DNA from: an uncultured Iamiaceae bacterium
GTDB taxonomy: Bacteria > Actinomycetota > Acidimicrobiia > Acidimicrobiales > Iamiaceae
NCBI GenBank assembly: GCA_964621605.1
Contig: CAZUMJ010000005.1
Span: 7,331-71,330, forward strand
Length of the DNA: 64,000 nt
Direction of reading: 5' to 3'
Made by a program: the position numbers and the translations under genes. Shown in pieces: positions 18,393-27,560 of the stretch. Each line of letters begins with the position of its first letter. Within the stretch, counting starts at the first letter, position 1. A model generated the notes under the pieces. That model was not told where the DNA came from and searched no databases. It worked only from the letters and a program-made list of their open reading frames with translations.

Positions 18393-19130
18393 TTGGCCGA
18401 GCGCCTCGGCCACCAGTTCGCCGAACCGGCGCTGTTCGAGCGCGCCCTGACGCATCGCTCCTGGTGCGCAGAACACGCTGGTGATCTGTCGAACGAGCGG
18501 CTCGAGTTCCTCGGCGACGCAGTGCTGGGCATGGTCGCGGCGGAGCACCTGTTCCACGCTCGCCCTGAGCTGTCCGAAGGATGGCTGTCGCGGGCCCGAT
18601 CCTCGCTGGTGCGGTCCAGCACCCTGGCCGAGGTTGCCGAGCAGCTCGGCATCGGCGGGGTACTTCGCCTTGGCAAGGGAGAGGCGCTCTCGGGTGGCAG
18701 AACCAAGCCATCTCTTCTCGCCGACGCGCTCGAGGCAGTGATCGGTGCCGTGTACCTCGACGCCGGCCTCGATGCTGCCCGGTCCCTTGTGGTTCGTCTG
18801 CTTGACGGTCGCATCGCACAACTGCCGGTCGCCGATGACGCGGCAGCGAGCCCGGCGGTGCACGACTACAAGAGCCGCCTCCAAGAGTTCGTCGCGCGCA
18901 CGCTCGCCTCGGTACCCGAGTATCGGAGCGAGGAGTCCGGGCCCGAGCACGAGAAGGAGTTCCGCACCGTCGTGCTGATAGATGGCGCCCCGCGCGGCAC
19001 AGGTACCGGGCGCAACAAGAAGCAGGCCGAGCAGGCGGCGGCCAGCATGGCCTTGCACGACCTTGCGGGCGTCCTGCCGGACGCAGCATCGACGGAGCCA
19101 GGCGCTGTCGGTGCAAACGAGACGCGCTGA
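18393..19130 (+). CDS. rnc: Ribonuclease III
   Basis: ALTHRSW..NERLEFLGDAVLG is the RNase III signature. The C-terminal dsRBD ends KKQAEQAAASMAL. The track start is a TTG and the real start is uncertain. Confidence 0.93.
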   Translation: MAERLGHQFAEPALFERALTHRSWCAEHAGDLSNERLEFLGDAVLGMVAAEHLFHARPELSEGWLSRARSSLVRSSTLAEVAEQLGIGGVLRLGKGEALSGGRTKPSLLADALEAVIGAVYLDAGLDAARSLVVRLLDGRIAQLPVADDAAASPAVHDYKSRLQEFVARTLASVPEYRSEESGPEHEKEFRTVVLIDGAPRGTGTGRNKKQAEQAAASMALHDLAGVLPDAASTEPGAVGANETR

Positions 19131-19199
19131 GCGCGGACCCGGGACCCCCTCACCCCACCTAGTTTCACCTCTCACCCGAAGCGAACGGAGAACCACGAC

Positions 19200-20039
19200 A
19201 TGGCCGAGTTGCCCGAGATCGAGACCCTGCGCCACGACCTCGAGCGTGAGTTCGCCGGCAAGCGCATCAAGGCGGTCGAGTTGACCGGCATGAAGTGCGT
19301 CGCGCGCCATCAGAACCGGAAGCAGGTCGCCAGTCGCCTCGAAGGTGCGAAGGTCTCGGCCGTGCGCCGCCAGGGGCTCCTGCTCATCTGCAAGCTCGAC
19401 ACGGACGACCTGCTCGTCATCGACGCCCGCGAGGCGGGTCATCTGATGCGTTCGCCGGCGAAGGATGCGCTCGAGCCGCATACGCAGGCGGTGATCACGT
19501 TCACCCAGGGTCCACAGCTCCGTGTCGTCGACCCCACCGATGGCGGCCTGCAGCTGTTCGTCGTCGAAGCAGAGCGGCTGACCGAAGAGGTGCCTGAGCT
19601 CGAGCAGCTCGGTCTCGACCCCGTGACGTCGCCGATCAGCTGGCTGTCGTTCGCGGACCTGGTGCGCCGCAACAAGGTGAAGCTGAAGACGCTGCTCACC
19701 GACCCCACCGTGCTCGTCGGCATCGGTGCGGTGTACTCCGACGAGATCTTGTGGGACGCCGGCCTGCGTGCCGACCGCCTCTCTGACGAACTGTCGACGC
19801 AAGAGATGCGTCGTCTCAACCGCTCGGTCGTCGAGACGATGCACGATGCCATCAAGCACCGCGGGACCACCTTGGGAGACGAGGGCTGGAAGGATCTGTC
19901 CGGCAAGCCCGGCGGCTACCAGGAGTACCTCGACGCGTATCAACGTGACGGGCAAGCGTGCCGTCGTTGCCGGGGGACGATCACCAAGCGCAAGTACGGG
20001 AGCCGTTTCACTTGGAGCTGTGAGGACTGCCAGGTCTGA
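19200..20039 (+). CDS. mutM: Formamidopyrimidine-DNA glycosylase family protein (Fpg/MutM position downstream of rnc) with an atypical N-terminus
   Basis: MAELPEIETLRHDL aligns with the canonical MPELPEVE. The C-terminal zinc finger is CRRCRGTITKRKYGSRFTWSCEDC. GGAG lies 9 nt upstream of the ATG. Confidence 0.85.
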   Translation: MAELPEIETLRHDLEREFAGKRIKAVELTGMKCVARHQNRKQVASRLEGAKVSAVRRQGLLLICKLDTDDLLVIDAREAGHLMRSPAKDALEPHTQAVITFTQGPQLRVVDPTDGGLQLFVVEAERLTEEVPELEQLGLDPVTSPISWLSFADLVRRNKVKLKTLLTDPTVLVGIGAVYSDEILWDAGLRADRLSDELSTQEMRRLNRSVVETMHDAIKHRGTTLGDEGWKDLSGKPGGYQEYLDAYQRDGQACRRCRGTITKRKYGSRFTWSCEDCQV

Positions 20040-20103
20040 GAGGGGTCTCGCCGGTGGCTCTCCCGCACTCCACTAGCCTCGCGTCGATGCGTCGGGCGGT
20101 CTC

Positions 20104-23100
20104 GTGTTCCTGAAGACGCTGTCGATCAAGGGCTTCAAGTCCTTCGCTGAGCCAACGACGCTGCGCATGGAGCCCGGCGTCACGGTCGTCGTCGGCCCGA
20201 ACGGCAGCGGGAAGTCCAACGTGGTCGACGCCATCGGCTGGGTGCTCGGTGCACAGGCCCCGAGCGCGGTGCGTTCCCAGAAGATGGACGACGTCATCTT
20301 CGCGGGAACCGCGGCGAGAGCGGCCTTGGGTCGAGCAGAGGTTGCCCTCACCATCGACAACTCGTCCGGCCTGTTGCCGATCGAGTTCACCGAGGTGACG
20401 GTACGGCGGACGCTCTTTCGCAGCGGCGACAGCGAGTACGCGATCAACGGCGTGCCCTGCCGCTTGCTCGATATCCAGGAGTTGCTCTCCGACAGTGGGG
20501 TGGGCCGCCAGCAGCACGTGATCATCTCGCAGGGCCAGATCGACGCGGTGCTGAACGCCCGGCCCGAAGATCGGCGCCTCATCATCGAAGAAGCCGCGGG
20601 CGTGCTCAAGTTCCGCCGCCGCAAGGAGAAGGCCGAGCGGCGCCTCGACGCCACAGAGGGGAGCCTGACGCGCCTGCAGGACCTCCTGCGTGAGCGCCGT
20701 CGCCAGCTTCGGCCCCTCGAGCGCCAGGCAGAAGCGGCACGCCGGCACGGCGATCTGGTGGGTGAGCTGCACCACCTCCGCCTCTACCTCGCCGGGCAGG
20801 AACTGGCTCGGCTCCAGGGCCGCATGACAAGCGGCGCTGCGCAGCGCGCGCAGCTCGAGCAGCGTGTGCGCGAGCTCCAACGCACGCTTGGCGACCTCGA
20901 CACGCAGGTGCTCGCAACCGAGGCTCAGCTCAACGCGATGGGCGGCGCTGATGTGAGCGACCGCCTGGCGCGCTTCGAGGCACTTCGCGAGAAGGCACGC
21001 GGGCAGGCCGCGCTGCTCGCCGAGCGGGCACGCGGCATCGAGCGGGAACGGGGGGCCACGCTCGATCAGGCCGTCGTCGCCAACCTGGAAGCAGACGCGG
21101 CCCGCCTGGGCGACGAGCTCGTCGAGCTCGAGCGCGAGGCGGAGCAGTTGGTGCCCTTGGCTGAGCGTTTGCAGGAGGCCGAGGGCGAGCTCGAGCGGGA
21201 GCGTGTCCGGTTCCAGACCGAATGGGCTGACGGCGTGCCTGCGCCGAGCAGTCGGGCAGCGGAGGTGCGGGGCGAGCTTGCTGCACTGCGCGCCGGCGTT
21301 GAGCGAAGCCAGGGCGAAGCCGAACGCGCTCGGGTGCGCCTCGAGAGGGTGCAGCAGAAGACCGTGCGACTCTCCGAGGAGGCAGCCCGGCTGGAGGTCG
21401 AGCTGGAGGCCACGGTGGCGGCAGCGCCGGGGCTGGTCGACGCACGCGCTGCGGCAGTGCAGACGCGCGAAGCCGCAGAGCAACGCCTCGTCGAGGCCGA
21501 CGAGGTGCGTCGCCGAGCGGACGCGGATCGGCACACCTGGTCAGCGCGCGCCGATGCGCTCGCAACCGCGTTGGATGCGGCTCGTGCACGCGCGGGTGCC
21601 GAGCGGCTCGCGGGTCTCGACGGGGTGCTGGGCACCCTTCTCGACCTCGTCGAGGTAGATGCCGGGTACGAAGCGGCGTTCGAAGCCGCAGCGGGCGAAG
21701 CCATCGCGGCTGTCGTGGTCGATGGGGTGCCACGGGCGCGGGCAGCGTTGGCTCATCTTGCGTCGTCAGACGTCGCCGGCGCGGTGCTGGCGCTCGGCGG
21801 CGTCTCGCAGGGGGTCACTCCCACCGGCGGAGCCTCTGTGCGTGCACGGGTGCGGTCGCTGCGTCCTGAGGTCGAACGCCTCCTCGACCTCCTCGTCGGG
21901 GGTGTGGGTCTCGCGGACTCATGGGAGGCTGCGATCGACGTGGCACTGGCCGACCCGACCCGCACGGTCGTCACGCCTGCCGGGGACCGGGTCGGTCCTG
22001 GCGGCTGGCGCCTCGGCGCGGGCGGCGCGGGTGCGACCGGCGCGGCGCTCGAGGAGGCGACGAGCCGTGCGGCCGCTGCGAAGCGAGGCGCCGACGAGGC
22101 CGAGACCGCCCAGCGCGAAGCCAAGGCGATGCTCGACAGTGCGCAGCGGGCGGAGCGCGATGCTGCCCGGGCAGCTGATCAATCAGAGCATCGTCGCCGA
22201 TCGCTCGACGACACCTTGCGGCGCCTGCGCGCAGACCTCGCGGATACCGACGCCGAGATCGACACCCTTGCCGTGCAGCACCGTGATCTCAACGAGCGCA
22301 TCGTGCGTGACGATCAGCGTGTGAAGGCCCTCGAGGCCGACCTGCCCGAACTGGAGCGAGCTGAGGCGGAGCTCGTCGCGGCGGCGCGGGCGATGGCCGA
22401 GGCACGTGAACGTCTCGAAGCCCGGGCCGGCGAGGTCGGCGCGTTGCGCTCCGACCTGGAGGTGCGCTCGGTCGGCATCGACGAGCGGCGCCAGTTCCTC
22501 CAGACCCGCCGCCAGGAGGCAGAGCAACGTCTGGCCCGCCACGCCGCGGAGCGCATCGAGGCCGAAGCCCGTCGCACGGCGCTGGAGCGGCGAGCAGTCG
22601 CGACCCAGCGCCTCACGGCGTTCGTCGCAGAGCGGCTGGTCGCCGTCGAGGCAGAGGTCGCGGTGTTGCGCGAGCAGCGACAGCGGCAGACCGACGAGGC
22701 GCGCGAGGTGTCGGTCGCGCTCGACGGGCTGCGTCGCAGCCGCTCCGCGAGCGAGAAGGACCTCGACGCACAGCGAGAGCGAAGCAGGCGCGCGGAGCTC
22801 GAAGAGACCGAGGTGCGCCTGCGCCTCGAGCAGGTCGTGGAGCGAGTGCGAGGCGAGCTCGACGCCGAGCCAGAGGTCGCGATCTCGGTCGAAGCACCGG
22901 AGCTCGCCGAAGGCGTCGTGCCCGCGGCTCGCGTGCGCGACCTCGAGCGTGAGCTGCGTTCTCTCGGGCCCATCAACCCGCTCGCCCTCGAGGAGTTCGA
23001 GGCGATGCGCGAAGAGGTCCAGTTCCTCGACAAGCAACTCGAGGATGTGCGGACGTCTCGCCGCGAGCTCGGCAAGGTGATCCGGGCGATCGACGTCGAG

Positions 23101-23556
23101 ATCATCGAGAAGTTCGCAGCCGCGTACGCCGACGTCGAAGACAACTTCTCGAAGCTCTTCGAGATGCTGTTCCCGGGTGGCACCGGCAAGTTGCGCCTCA
23201 CCGACCCCGAGAACCTGCTCGAGACGGGCATCGAGGTCGAGGCGCGTCCTTCGGGCAAGAACGTGCGGAAGTTGTCGCTGCTGTCTGGCGGCGAGCGCTC
23301 GTTGACGGCGCTTGCCTACCTGTTCGCTGTGTTCCGGTCACGTCCGTCGCCCTTCTACGTGATGGACGAGGTCGAGGCCGCGCTCGACGACGTGAACCTC
23401 CATCGCTTCCTGGACCTCGTGCAAGAGTTCCGCGCCGATGCGCAGCTCATCATCGTGAGCCACCAGAAGCGCACGATGGAGGCGGCAGACTGCCTCTACG
23501 GCGTGACCTCACGTGAAGGCGTGTCCCGCGTCGTGTCCGAGAAGACGCAAGACTGA
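20104..23556 (+). CDS. smc: Chromosome segregation protein SMC
   Basis: 1150 aa. Walker A GPNGSGKSNVVDAIGWVLG, long coiled coils, a hinge, C-terminal LSGGERSLTALAYLFAVF and Walker B FYVMDEVEAALD. Confidence 0.97.
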   Translation: MFLKTLSIKGFKSFAEPTTLRMEPGVTVVVGPNGSGKSNVVDAIGWVLGAQAPSAVRSQKMDDVIFAGTAARAALGRAEVALTIDNSSGLLPIEFTEVTVRRTLFRSGDSEYAINGVPCRLLDIQELLSDSGVGRQQHVIISQGQIDAVLNARPEDRRLIIEEAAGVLKFRRRKEKAERRLDATEGSLTRLQDLLRERRRQLRPLERQAEAARRHGDLVGELHHLRLYLAGQELARLQGRMTSGAAQRAQLEQRVRELQRTLGDLDTQVLATEAQLNAMGGADVSDRLARFEALREKARGQAALLAERARGIERERGATLDQAVVANLEADAARLGDELVELEREAEQLVPLAERLQEAEGELERERVRFQTEWADGVPAPSSRAAEVRGELAALRAGVERSQGEAERARVRLERVQQKTVRLSEEAARLEVELEATVAAAPGLVDARAAAVQTREAAEQRLVEADEVRRRADADRHTWSARADALATALDAARARAGAERLAGLDGVLGTLLDLVEVDAGYEAAFEAAAGEAIAAVVVDGVPRARAALAHLASSDVAGAVLALGGVSQGVTPTGGASVRARVRSLRPEVERLLDLLVGGVGLADSWEAAIDVALADPTRTVVTPAGDRVGPGGWRLGAGGAGATGAALEEATSRAAAAKRGADEAETAQREAKAMLDSAQRAERDAARAADQSEHRRRSLDDTLRRLRADLADTDAEIDTLAVQHRDLNERIVRDDQRVKALEADLPELERAEAELVAAARAMAEARERLEARAGEVGALRSDLEVRSVGIDERRQFLQTRRQEAEQRLARHAAERIEAEARRTALERRAVATQRLTAFVAERLVAVEAEVAVLREQRQRQTDEAREVSVALDGLRRSRSASEKDLDAQRERSRRAELEETEVRLRLEQVVERVRGELDAEPEVAISVEAPELAEGVVPAARVRDLERELRSLGPINPLALEEFEAMREEVQFLDKQLEDVRTSRRELGKVIRAIDVEIIEKFAAAYADVEDNFSKLFEMLFPGGTGKLRLTDPENLLETGIEVEARPSGKNVRKLSLLSGGERSLTALAYLFAVFRSRPSPFYVMDEVEAALDDVNLHRFLDLVQEFRADAQLIIVSHQKRTMEAADCLYGVTSREGVSRVVSEKTQD

Positions 23557-23566
23557 GCTTCGCCTG

Positions 23567-24541
23567 TCAGGGCATGCGGTTGCCGTATGCCAGCGACAGT
23601 CCGCCTGCACCGAGCAGCAGCACGAGTGCGGCCGCCTCGAAGATGGCGCTGATGTCGACGCGCTTTGTGCGAAAGCCGATCGAGCGGCCGAGCTTCGTGT
23701 AGACGTCGCGCACTTCGGCCGCGCTCGCAGCGGTGAACGAACGGCCGCCGGTCGCGGATGCGATCGCCTGCAGGGCAGATGCGTCAACGTCGACGGGGAT
23801 GAGGGTCGGGTCGCCCGGAAGCTGGATCGTGCCGTGGTCGGTGCCGAATGCGATCGTGTCGATGGGGACACCTGCCGCCTGCGCCGCCTTTGCAGCCTGG
23901 TCGTTGGGTCGACCGGTGGTCGTGGTGCCGTCCGACATCAGCACGATGCGAGCCGGCACCGGCGAGCCGTCAGGTGCGGGTGGCACGGTCTTGATCGCTT
24001 CGAGCGAGGCGTAGATCGCTTCGCCGATCGCGGTGCGCTCGCCGAGCTCGAGGCGGTTGATTGCGTCGCGCGCGAGGTCGCGGTCCTTCGTGGGCGCCAC
24101 GCGGACCACTGCGGTGCCGTTGAAGCTCACGATGCCCACGTTGATGTCGGGGGGCACATTGTCGAGGAAGAGGAGCGCGGCGGCCTTTGCCGCATCGATG
24201 CGGGTCGGGCTGACGTCGTCGGCCTCCATGGACAGCGACGTGTCGATTGCAAGGATCACCGTTGCGCGGTTCGTCGGAACCCGCTGCGTCCGTTGGGGGT
24301 GAGCGAGCGCGATCACGAGCAGGGCCGTCCCGGCGGCGAAGGCGACTGCTGCCGCGTGGCGATGCCAGCCGGGGCGCTTCGGGGCGACCGTCTCGAGCAG
24401 GTCGAGGTTGGTGAAGCGCACCGTGTAGCGGGGTCGTCGGCGCTGCACGACGACGTACGCGGCGATGAGTCCGATGACGAGGACGAGCAGCCACAGCCGG
24501 CCTGGGGTGGCGAACGTGGTTGCGGTGATGGCCTGCGTCAT
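23567..24541 (-). CDS. von Willebrand factor A domain membrane protein (BatA-like)
   Basis: MIDAS motif AIDTSLSM (DxSxS). TM helices are present at both ends. It overlaps the upstream DUF58 gene by 4 nt. Confidence 0.85.
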   Translation of the reverse strand: MTQAITATTFATPGRLWLLVLVIGLIAAYVVVQRRRPRYTVRFTNLDLLETVAPKRPGWHRHAAAVAFAAGTALLVIALAHPQRTQRVPTNRATVILAIDTSLSMEADDVSPTRIDAAKAAALLFLDNVPPDINVGIVSFNGTAVVRVAPTKDRDLARDAINRLELGERTAIGEAIYASLEAIKTVPPAPDGSPVPARIVLMSDGTTTTGRPNDQAAKAAQAAGVPIDTIAFGTDHGTIQLPGDPTLIPVDVDASALQAIASATGGRSFTAASAAEVRDVYTKLGRSIGFRTKRVDISAIFEAAALVLLLGAGGLSLAYGNRMP

Positions 24542-25503
24542 CGTGCAGAGGCTCCCGTGGGTGCGGCGGCCGCCTTCGTGGGACGACGGGTCGTGTGCCT
24601 GCGCCTTGCTACGACGAACCGCACCATGTCGGCAACCCAGTCTCGGTCGGTGCGCAACAGCAGATGGTCGACGCCCGCGCGACGGAACGCTGCCGCGTGC
24701 GCGGCTCGCTGCTCTGACGCGGCGGCCGCGAAGGAGGCACGCAGGCGTGAGCTCGCGGTATCGACCTCGATCGTGCGCCCTGACTCCGGGTCGACAAGCG
24801 CGACGATGCCGACATCGGGGAGCTCAAGCTCGCGCGGGTCTACGACCTCGACTGCCAGGACCTCCTGGCGCACCGCCAGGCGCGCGAGCGACTCGGCCCA
24901 TGGCCCAGGGTCGAGGTAGTCCGACACGACGACCACGAGCCCGCGGCGGCGGAGGGTCGTGCCAAGGCGCCGCAGAGCCTGCGCCAGATCGGTGCTGCCC
25001 TCGACCGCCGGCTCGGCGGTCGTGAGTTGGTGGAGGAACGCGACGAGGTGCGCACGCCCTCCCCGCGCGGGGAAGATGCGCTCGCCTTGCGGGGTCAGCA
25101 AGACCCCGCCGATGCGATTGCCGGTGTGGTCGCACAGGAAGCCCACGGCCGCAGCGGCAGCGACGCTGAGGTCGCGCTTCGTCTGCGTCGCCGTACCGAA
25201 GTCGACGCTCGCTGACAGGTCGACGATGATCCAGGCTTCGAGCTCGCGGTCGGCGATCGTCTCGCGGACGTGTGGTTCGAGGGTGCGAGCAGTCACGTTC
25301 CAGTCGATGCGCCGCACGTCGTCGCCGGGTTGGTAGGGGCGTGTCTCGCCGAGGTCTGTGCCGTGTCCGGGCACGAGGCCGAGGTGATCTCCTTGGAGGA
25401 GGCCGTCGAGTCGGTGCGACACGGTCAGCTCGAGGCGTCGCAGCACCTCTGCGGCGTCGCGGTGGCTGGTGGGTCTGGCGGGCGCTGAGGGGGTGTCGTT
25501 CAC
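24538..25503 (-). CDS. DUF58 domain protein (MoxR-associated)
   Basis: GDHLGLVPGHGTDLGETRPYQPGDDVRRIDWNVTART is the hallmark DUF58 motif. It overlaps both neighbouring genes by 4 nt. Confidence 0.85.
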   Translation of the reverse strand: MNDTPSAPARPTSHRDAAEVLRRLELTVSHRLDGLLQGDHLGLVPGHGTDLGETRPYQPGDDVRRIDWNVTARTLEPHVRETIADRELEAWIIVDLSASVDFGTATQTKRDLSVAAAAAVGFLCDHTGNRIGGVLLTPQGERIFPARGGRAHLVAFLHQLTTAEPAVEGSTDLAQALRRLGTTLRRRGLVVVVSDYLDPGPWAESLARLAVRQEVLAVEVVDPRELELPDVGIVALVDPESGRTIEVDTASSRLRASFAAAASEQRAAHAAAFRRAGVDHLLLRTDRDWVADMVRFVVARRRHTTRRPTKAAAAPTGASAR

Positions 25504-26711
25504 CCGTGGGTTCCTGGCGCGGGTGCTGGTTGGCGCGCGTCGGGGGCGGCAGCCGGAGCGGGTGCGGGTGCGGGTGCTGGTTGCCGAGCGTCGGGGGCGG
25601 GAGCCGGTGGGGCGGCGGGGGTGTGCGCCATCGGTGCCCAGGGCCCGGTTGTGGGAGGCGGCTGAGGGGCGGCTACATACGGTCGAGGAGACGGTGCGGC
25701 ATGGTCATGAGCGGGTGCGACGCGTGGGGCGGGGACGGTCGACAGCACCTGCGCCAGGATCTGGTCAGGGGAGACCGCGTCAGCCAAGGCCTCGTAGGAC
25801 AGGACGAGTCGGTGGCGCAGCACATCGGGAGCGACGTCGAACACGTCTTGGGGCAGGACGTAGCTGCGCCCGCGCAGCAGCGCGAGCGCCCGCCCGGCTG
25901 CGACAAGCCCGAGGCTCGCTCGGGGGCTAGCGCCATAGCTGAGGTACGGCGCGATGTGCGGCACTCGGTAGTCGTCGGGGTCGCGCGTGGCGAGCACCAG
26001 CGTCACCGCGTAGTCGACCACGGCCCGATCGACGTAGACCGAGTCGGCTTCGGCTTGGAGGGCACGCAGTTCTTCGGGGGAGAGCACCTGGGTCGGTTCG
26101 GGTGGGGTGACGCCCATCCGCTGGACGATCTGCACCTCTTCGGCGGGAGTGGGATACCCGACCTGCACCTTCATCAGGAAGCGGTCCCGCTGTGCTTCGG
26201 GGAGCTGGTACACCCCCTCGGACTCGATCGGGTTCTGCGTGGCGAGCACGAGGAACGGCTCCGGAACCGGGTAGCTCGTGCCTCCGATCGAGACCTGGTG
26301 TTCTGCCATGACCTCCAGCAGCGCCGACTGCACCTTTGCCGGCGCCCTGTTGATCTCGTCGGCCAGCACGAAGTTCGCGAACACGGGCCCCAGTTCGACG
26401 TCGAACCGCTCCGTCGACGCCCGGTAGATGCGCGTCCCCATGACGTCCGCGGGGAGCAGGTCAGGCGTGAACTGGATGCGGTGAAAGGTGCCGCCGACCA
26501 CGGTGGCGAGCGTCTCGGCGGCGAGGGTCTTCGCAAGTCCGGGAAGGCCTTCGAGCAGGCAGTGCCCACCGGCCAAGAGGCAGACGAGGAGGCGCTCGAC
26601 GACGCGGTCCTGCCCGACTATGACCTTCTTGACCTCGAACAGCGCCCGTTCCAGGCGATCGGCGTCATGGGTGGAGCTGGATTCATCCATCGGATCCTCG
26701 TGGGGCTGCAT
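25500..26711 (-). CDS. MoxR-family AAA+ ATPase with a Pro/Ala-rich C-terminal tail
   Basis: VIVGQDRVVERLLVCLLAGGHCLLEGLPGLAKTL is the Walker A region. Also seen are FHRIQFTPDLLPADVMG and NFVLADEINRAPAKVQSALLEVM. The last 90 aa or so are P/A-rich. Confidence 0.92.
   Translation of the reverse strand: MQPHEDPMDESSSTHDADRLERALFEVKKVIVGQDRVVERLLVCLLAGGHCLLEGLPGLAKTLAAETLATVVGGTFHRIQFTPDLLPADVMGTRIYRASTERFDVELGPVFANFVLADEINRAPAKVQSALLEVMAEHQVSIGGTSYPVPEPFLVLATQNPIESEGVYQLPEAQRDRFLMKVQVGYPTPAEEVQIVQRMGVTPPEPTQVLSPEELRALQAEADSVYVDRAVVDYAVTLVLATRDPDDYRVPHIAPYLSYGASPRASLGLVAAGRALALLRGRSYVLPQDVFDVAPDVLRHRLVLSYEALADAVSPDQILAQVLSTVPAPRVAPAHDHAAPSPRPYVAAPQPPPTTGPWAPMAHTPAAPPAPAPDARQPAPAPAPAPAAAPDARQPAPAPGTHG
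25521..25607 (-). repeat. Imperfect 51-nt tandem duplication in the moxR 3' tail
   Basis: gggtgctggttggcgcgcgtcgggggcggcagccgg (25521-25556) and gggtgctggttgccgagcgtcgggggcgggagccgg (25572-25607) differ at 4 positions. They encode the repeated APDARQPAPAP. Confidence 0.8.
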
Positions 26712-26852
26712 GCGTCCGGGAAGCCGCTATCGGCTGGTGGGTGGGCTCAGCGTACGGTGCCGTGCGACCCTCGACGGTCGGTGAGCGTTCTCTGGAAGTC
26801 ACCTGAGAGGGGAGTCCGGCCGACCCCCTGTCGGGCGGGTACCGTCGTGCGA

Positions 26853-27560
26853 ATGCGGCTGCTCGTGGTAGAGGACGAACCGGATCTCGCCCATGCGTTG
26901 GCGCGTGGCCTGCGCCGAGACGGGTACGCGGTCGACGTGGTGCACGACGGCCAAGCTGCGCTCGAGCACCTGAGGGTCAACCAATACGACCTCGTGTGCC
27001 TCGACCTCAACCTGCCGCTCATCGACGGCCTCGAGGTGTGTCGACGCATCCGCACCGATGCGACCTTGCGCTCAGGTCCCGGCGAAGCCGACACACGAGT
27101 GCTGATGCTCAGCGCCCGTGACAAGCTGAGCGATCGCGTCGCCGGGCTCGACGAAGGTGCCGATGACTACCTCGTCAAGCCGTTCGCTTTCGAGGAGCTG
27201 CAGGCACGGGTGCGGACGTTGCTGCGGCGCGACGCCAGCCGCACGGGTGCCGTGTTGCACGTGGGTTCGCTGTCGCTGGACACGGCACGCTTCGAGGCGC
27301 ACAACGGCGATGTCCCGATGGAGCTCACTGCGAAGGAGTTCGCGCTGCTTCGCTACTTCATGTCCAACCCGGGGGTCGTGCTCTCGCAGGAGCACCTGCT
27401 CGAACACGTGTGGGACGAGCACACCGACCCGTTCACGAACACGGTCCGCGTCACCGTCGGAACCCTCCGCCGCAAGCTTGCAGCTGCTGCGCCCCCAGAC
27501 GGTGACGACAGCCCGATCGAAACGGTCATCGGGGCCGGCTACCGGCTGCGCGAAGCCTGA
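26853..27560 (+). CDS. OmpR-family response regulator (MprA-like context)
   Basis: Internal ATG of track ORF 25272..27560. MRLLVVEDEPDLAHAL..DLVCLDLNLPLIDGLEV is the receiver domain, followed by a winged-helix C-terminus ..TVIGAGYRLR. The upstream part of the ORF is antisense to moxR. Confidence 0.93.
   Translation: MRLLVVEDEPDLAHALARGLRRDGYAVDVVHDGQAALEHLRVNQYDLVCLDLNLPLIDGLEVCRRIRTDATLRSGPGEADTRVLMLSARDKLSDRVAGLDEGADDYLVKPFAFEELQARVRTLLRRDASRTGAVLHVGSLSLDTARFEAHNGDVPMELTAKEFALLRYFMSNPGVVLSQEHLLEHVWDEHTDPFTNTVRVTVGTLRRKLAAAAPPDGDDSPIETVIGAGYRLREA

Noticed and set aside
18342-21534. Minus-strand ORFs 18342..19955 (537 aa) and 20008..21534 (508 aa)
   Set aside because: They lie opposite rnc, fpg and smc, which carry canonical motifs. 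The antisense translations have no domain-like features.
26785-26805. TCTCAGGT on the minus strand in the moxR/response-regulator spacer as a possible MprA-box-like autoregulatory site
   Set aside because: I do not trust my memory of the MprA consensus. Only one half-site-like copy is visible, with no clear direct-repeat partner.
25272-26852. The 762-aa plus-strand ORF suggested a very large protein ending in a response regulator
   Set aside because: The first 527 codons or so are antisense to moxR and are Gly/Arg-rich. The receiver domain begins cleanly at MRLLVVEDE (26853).
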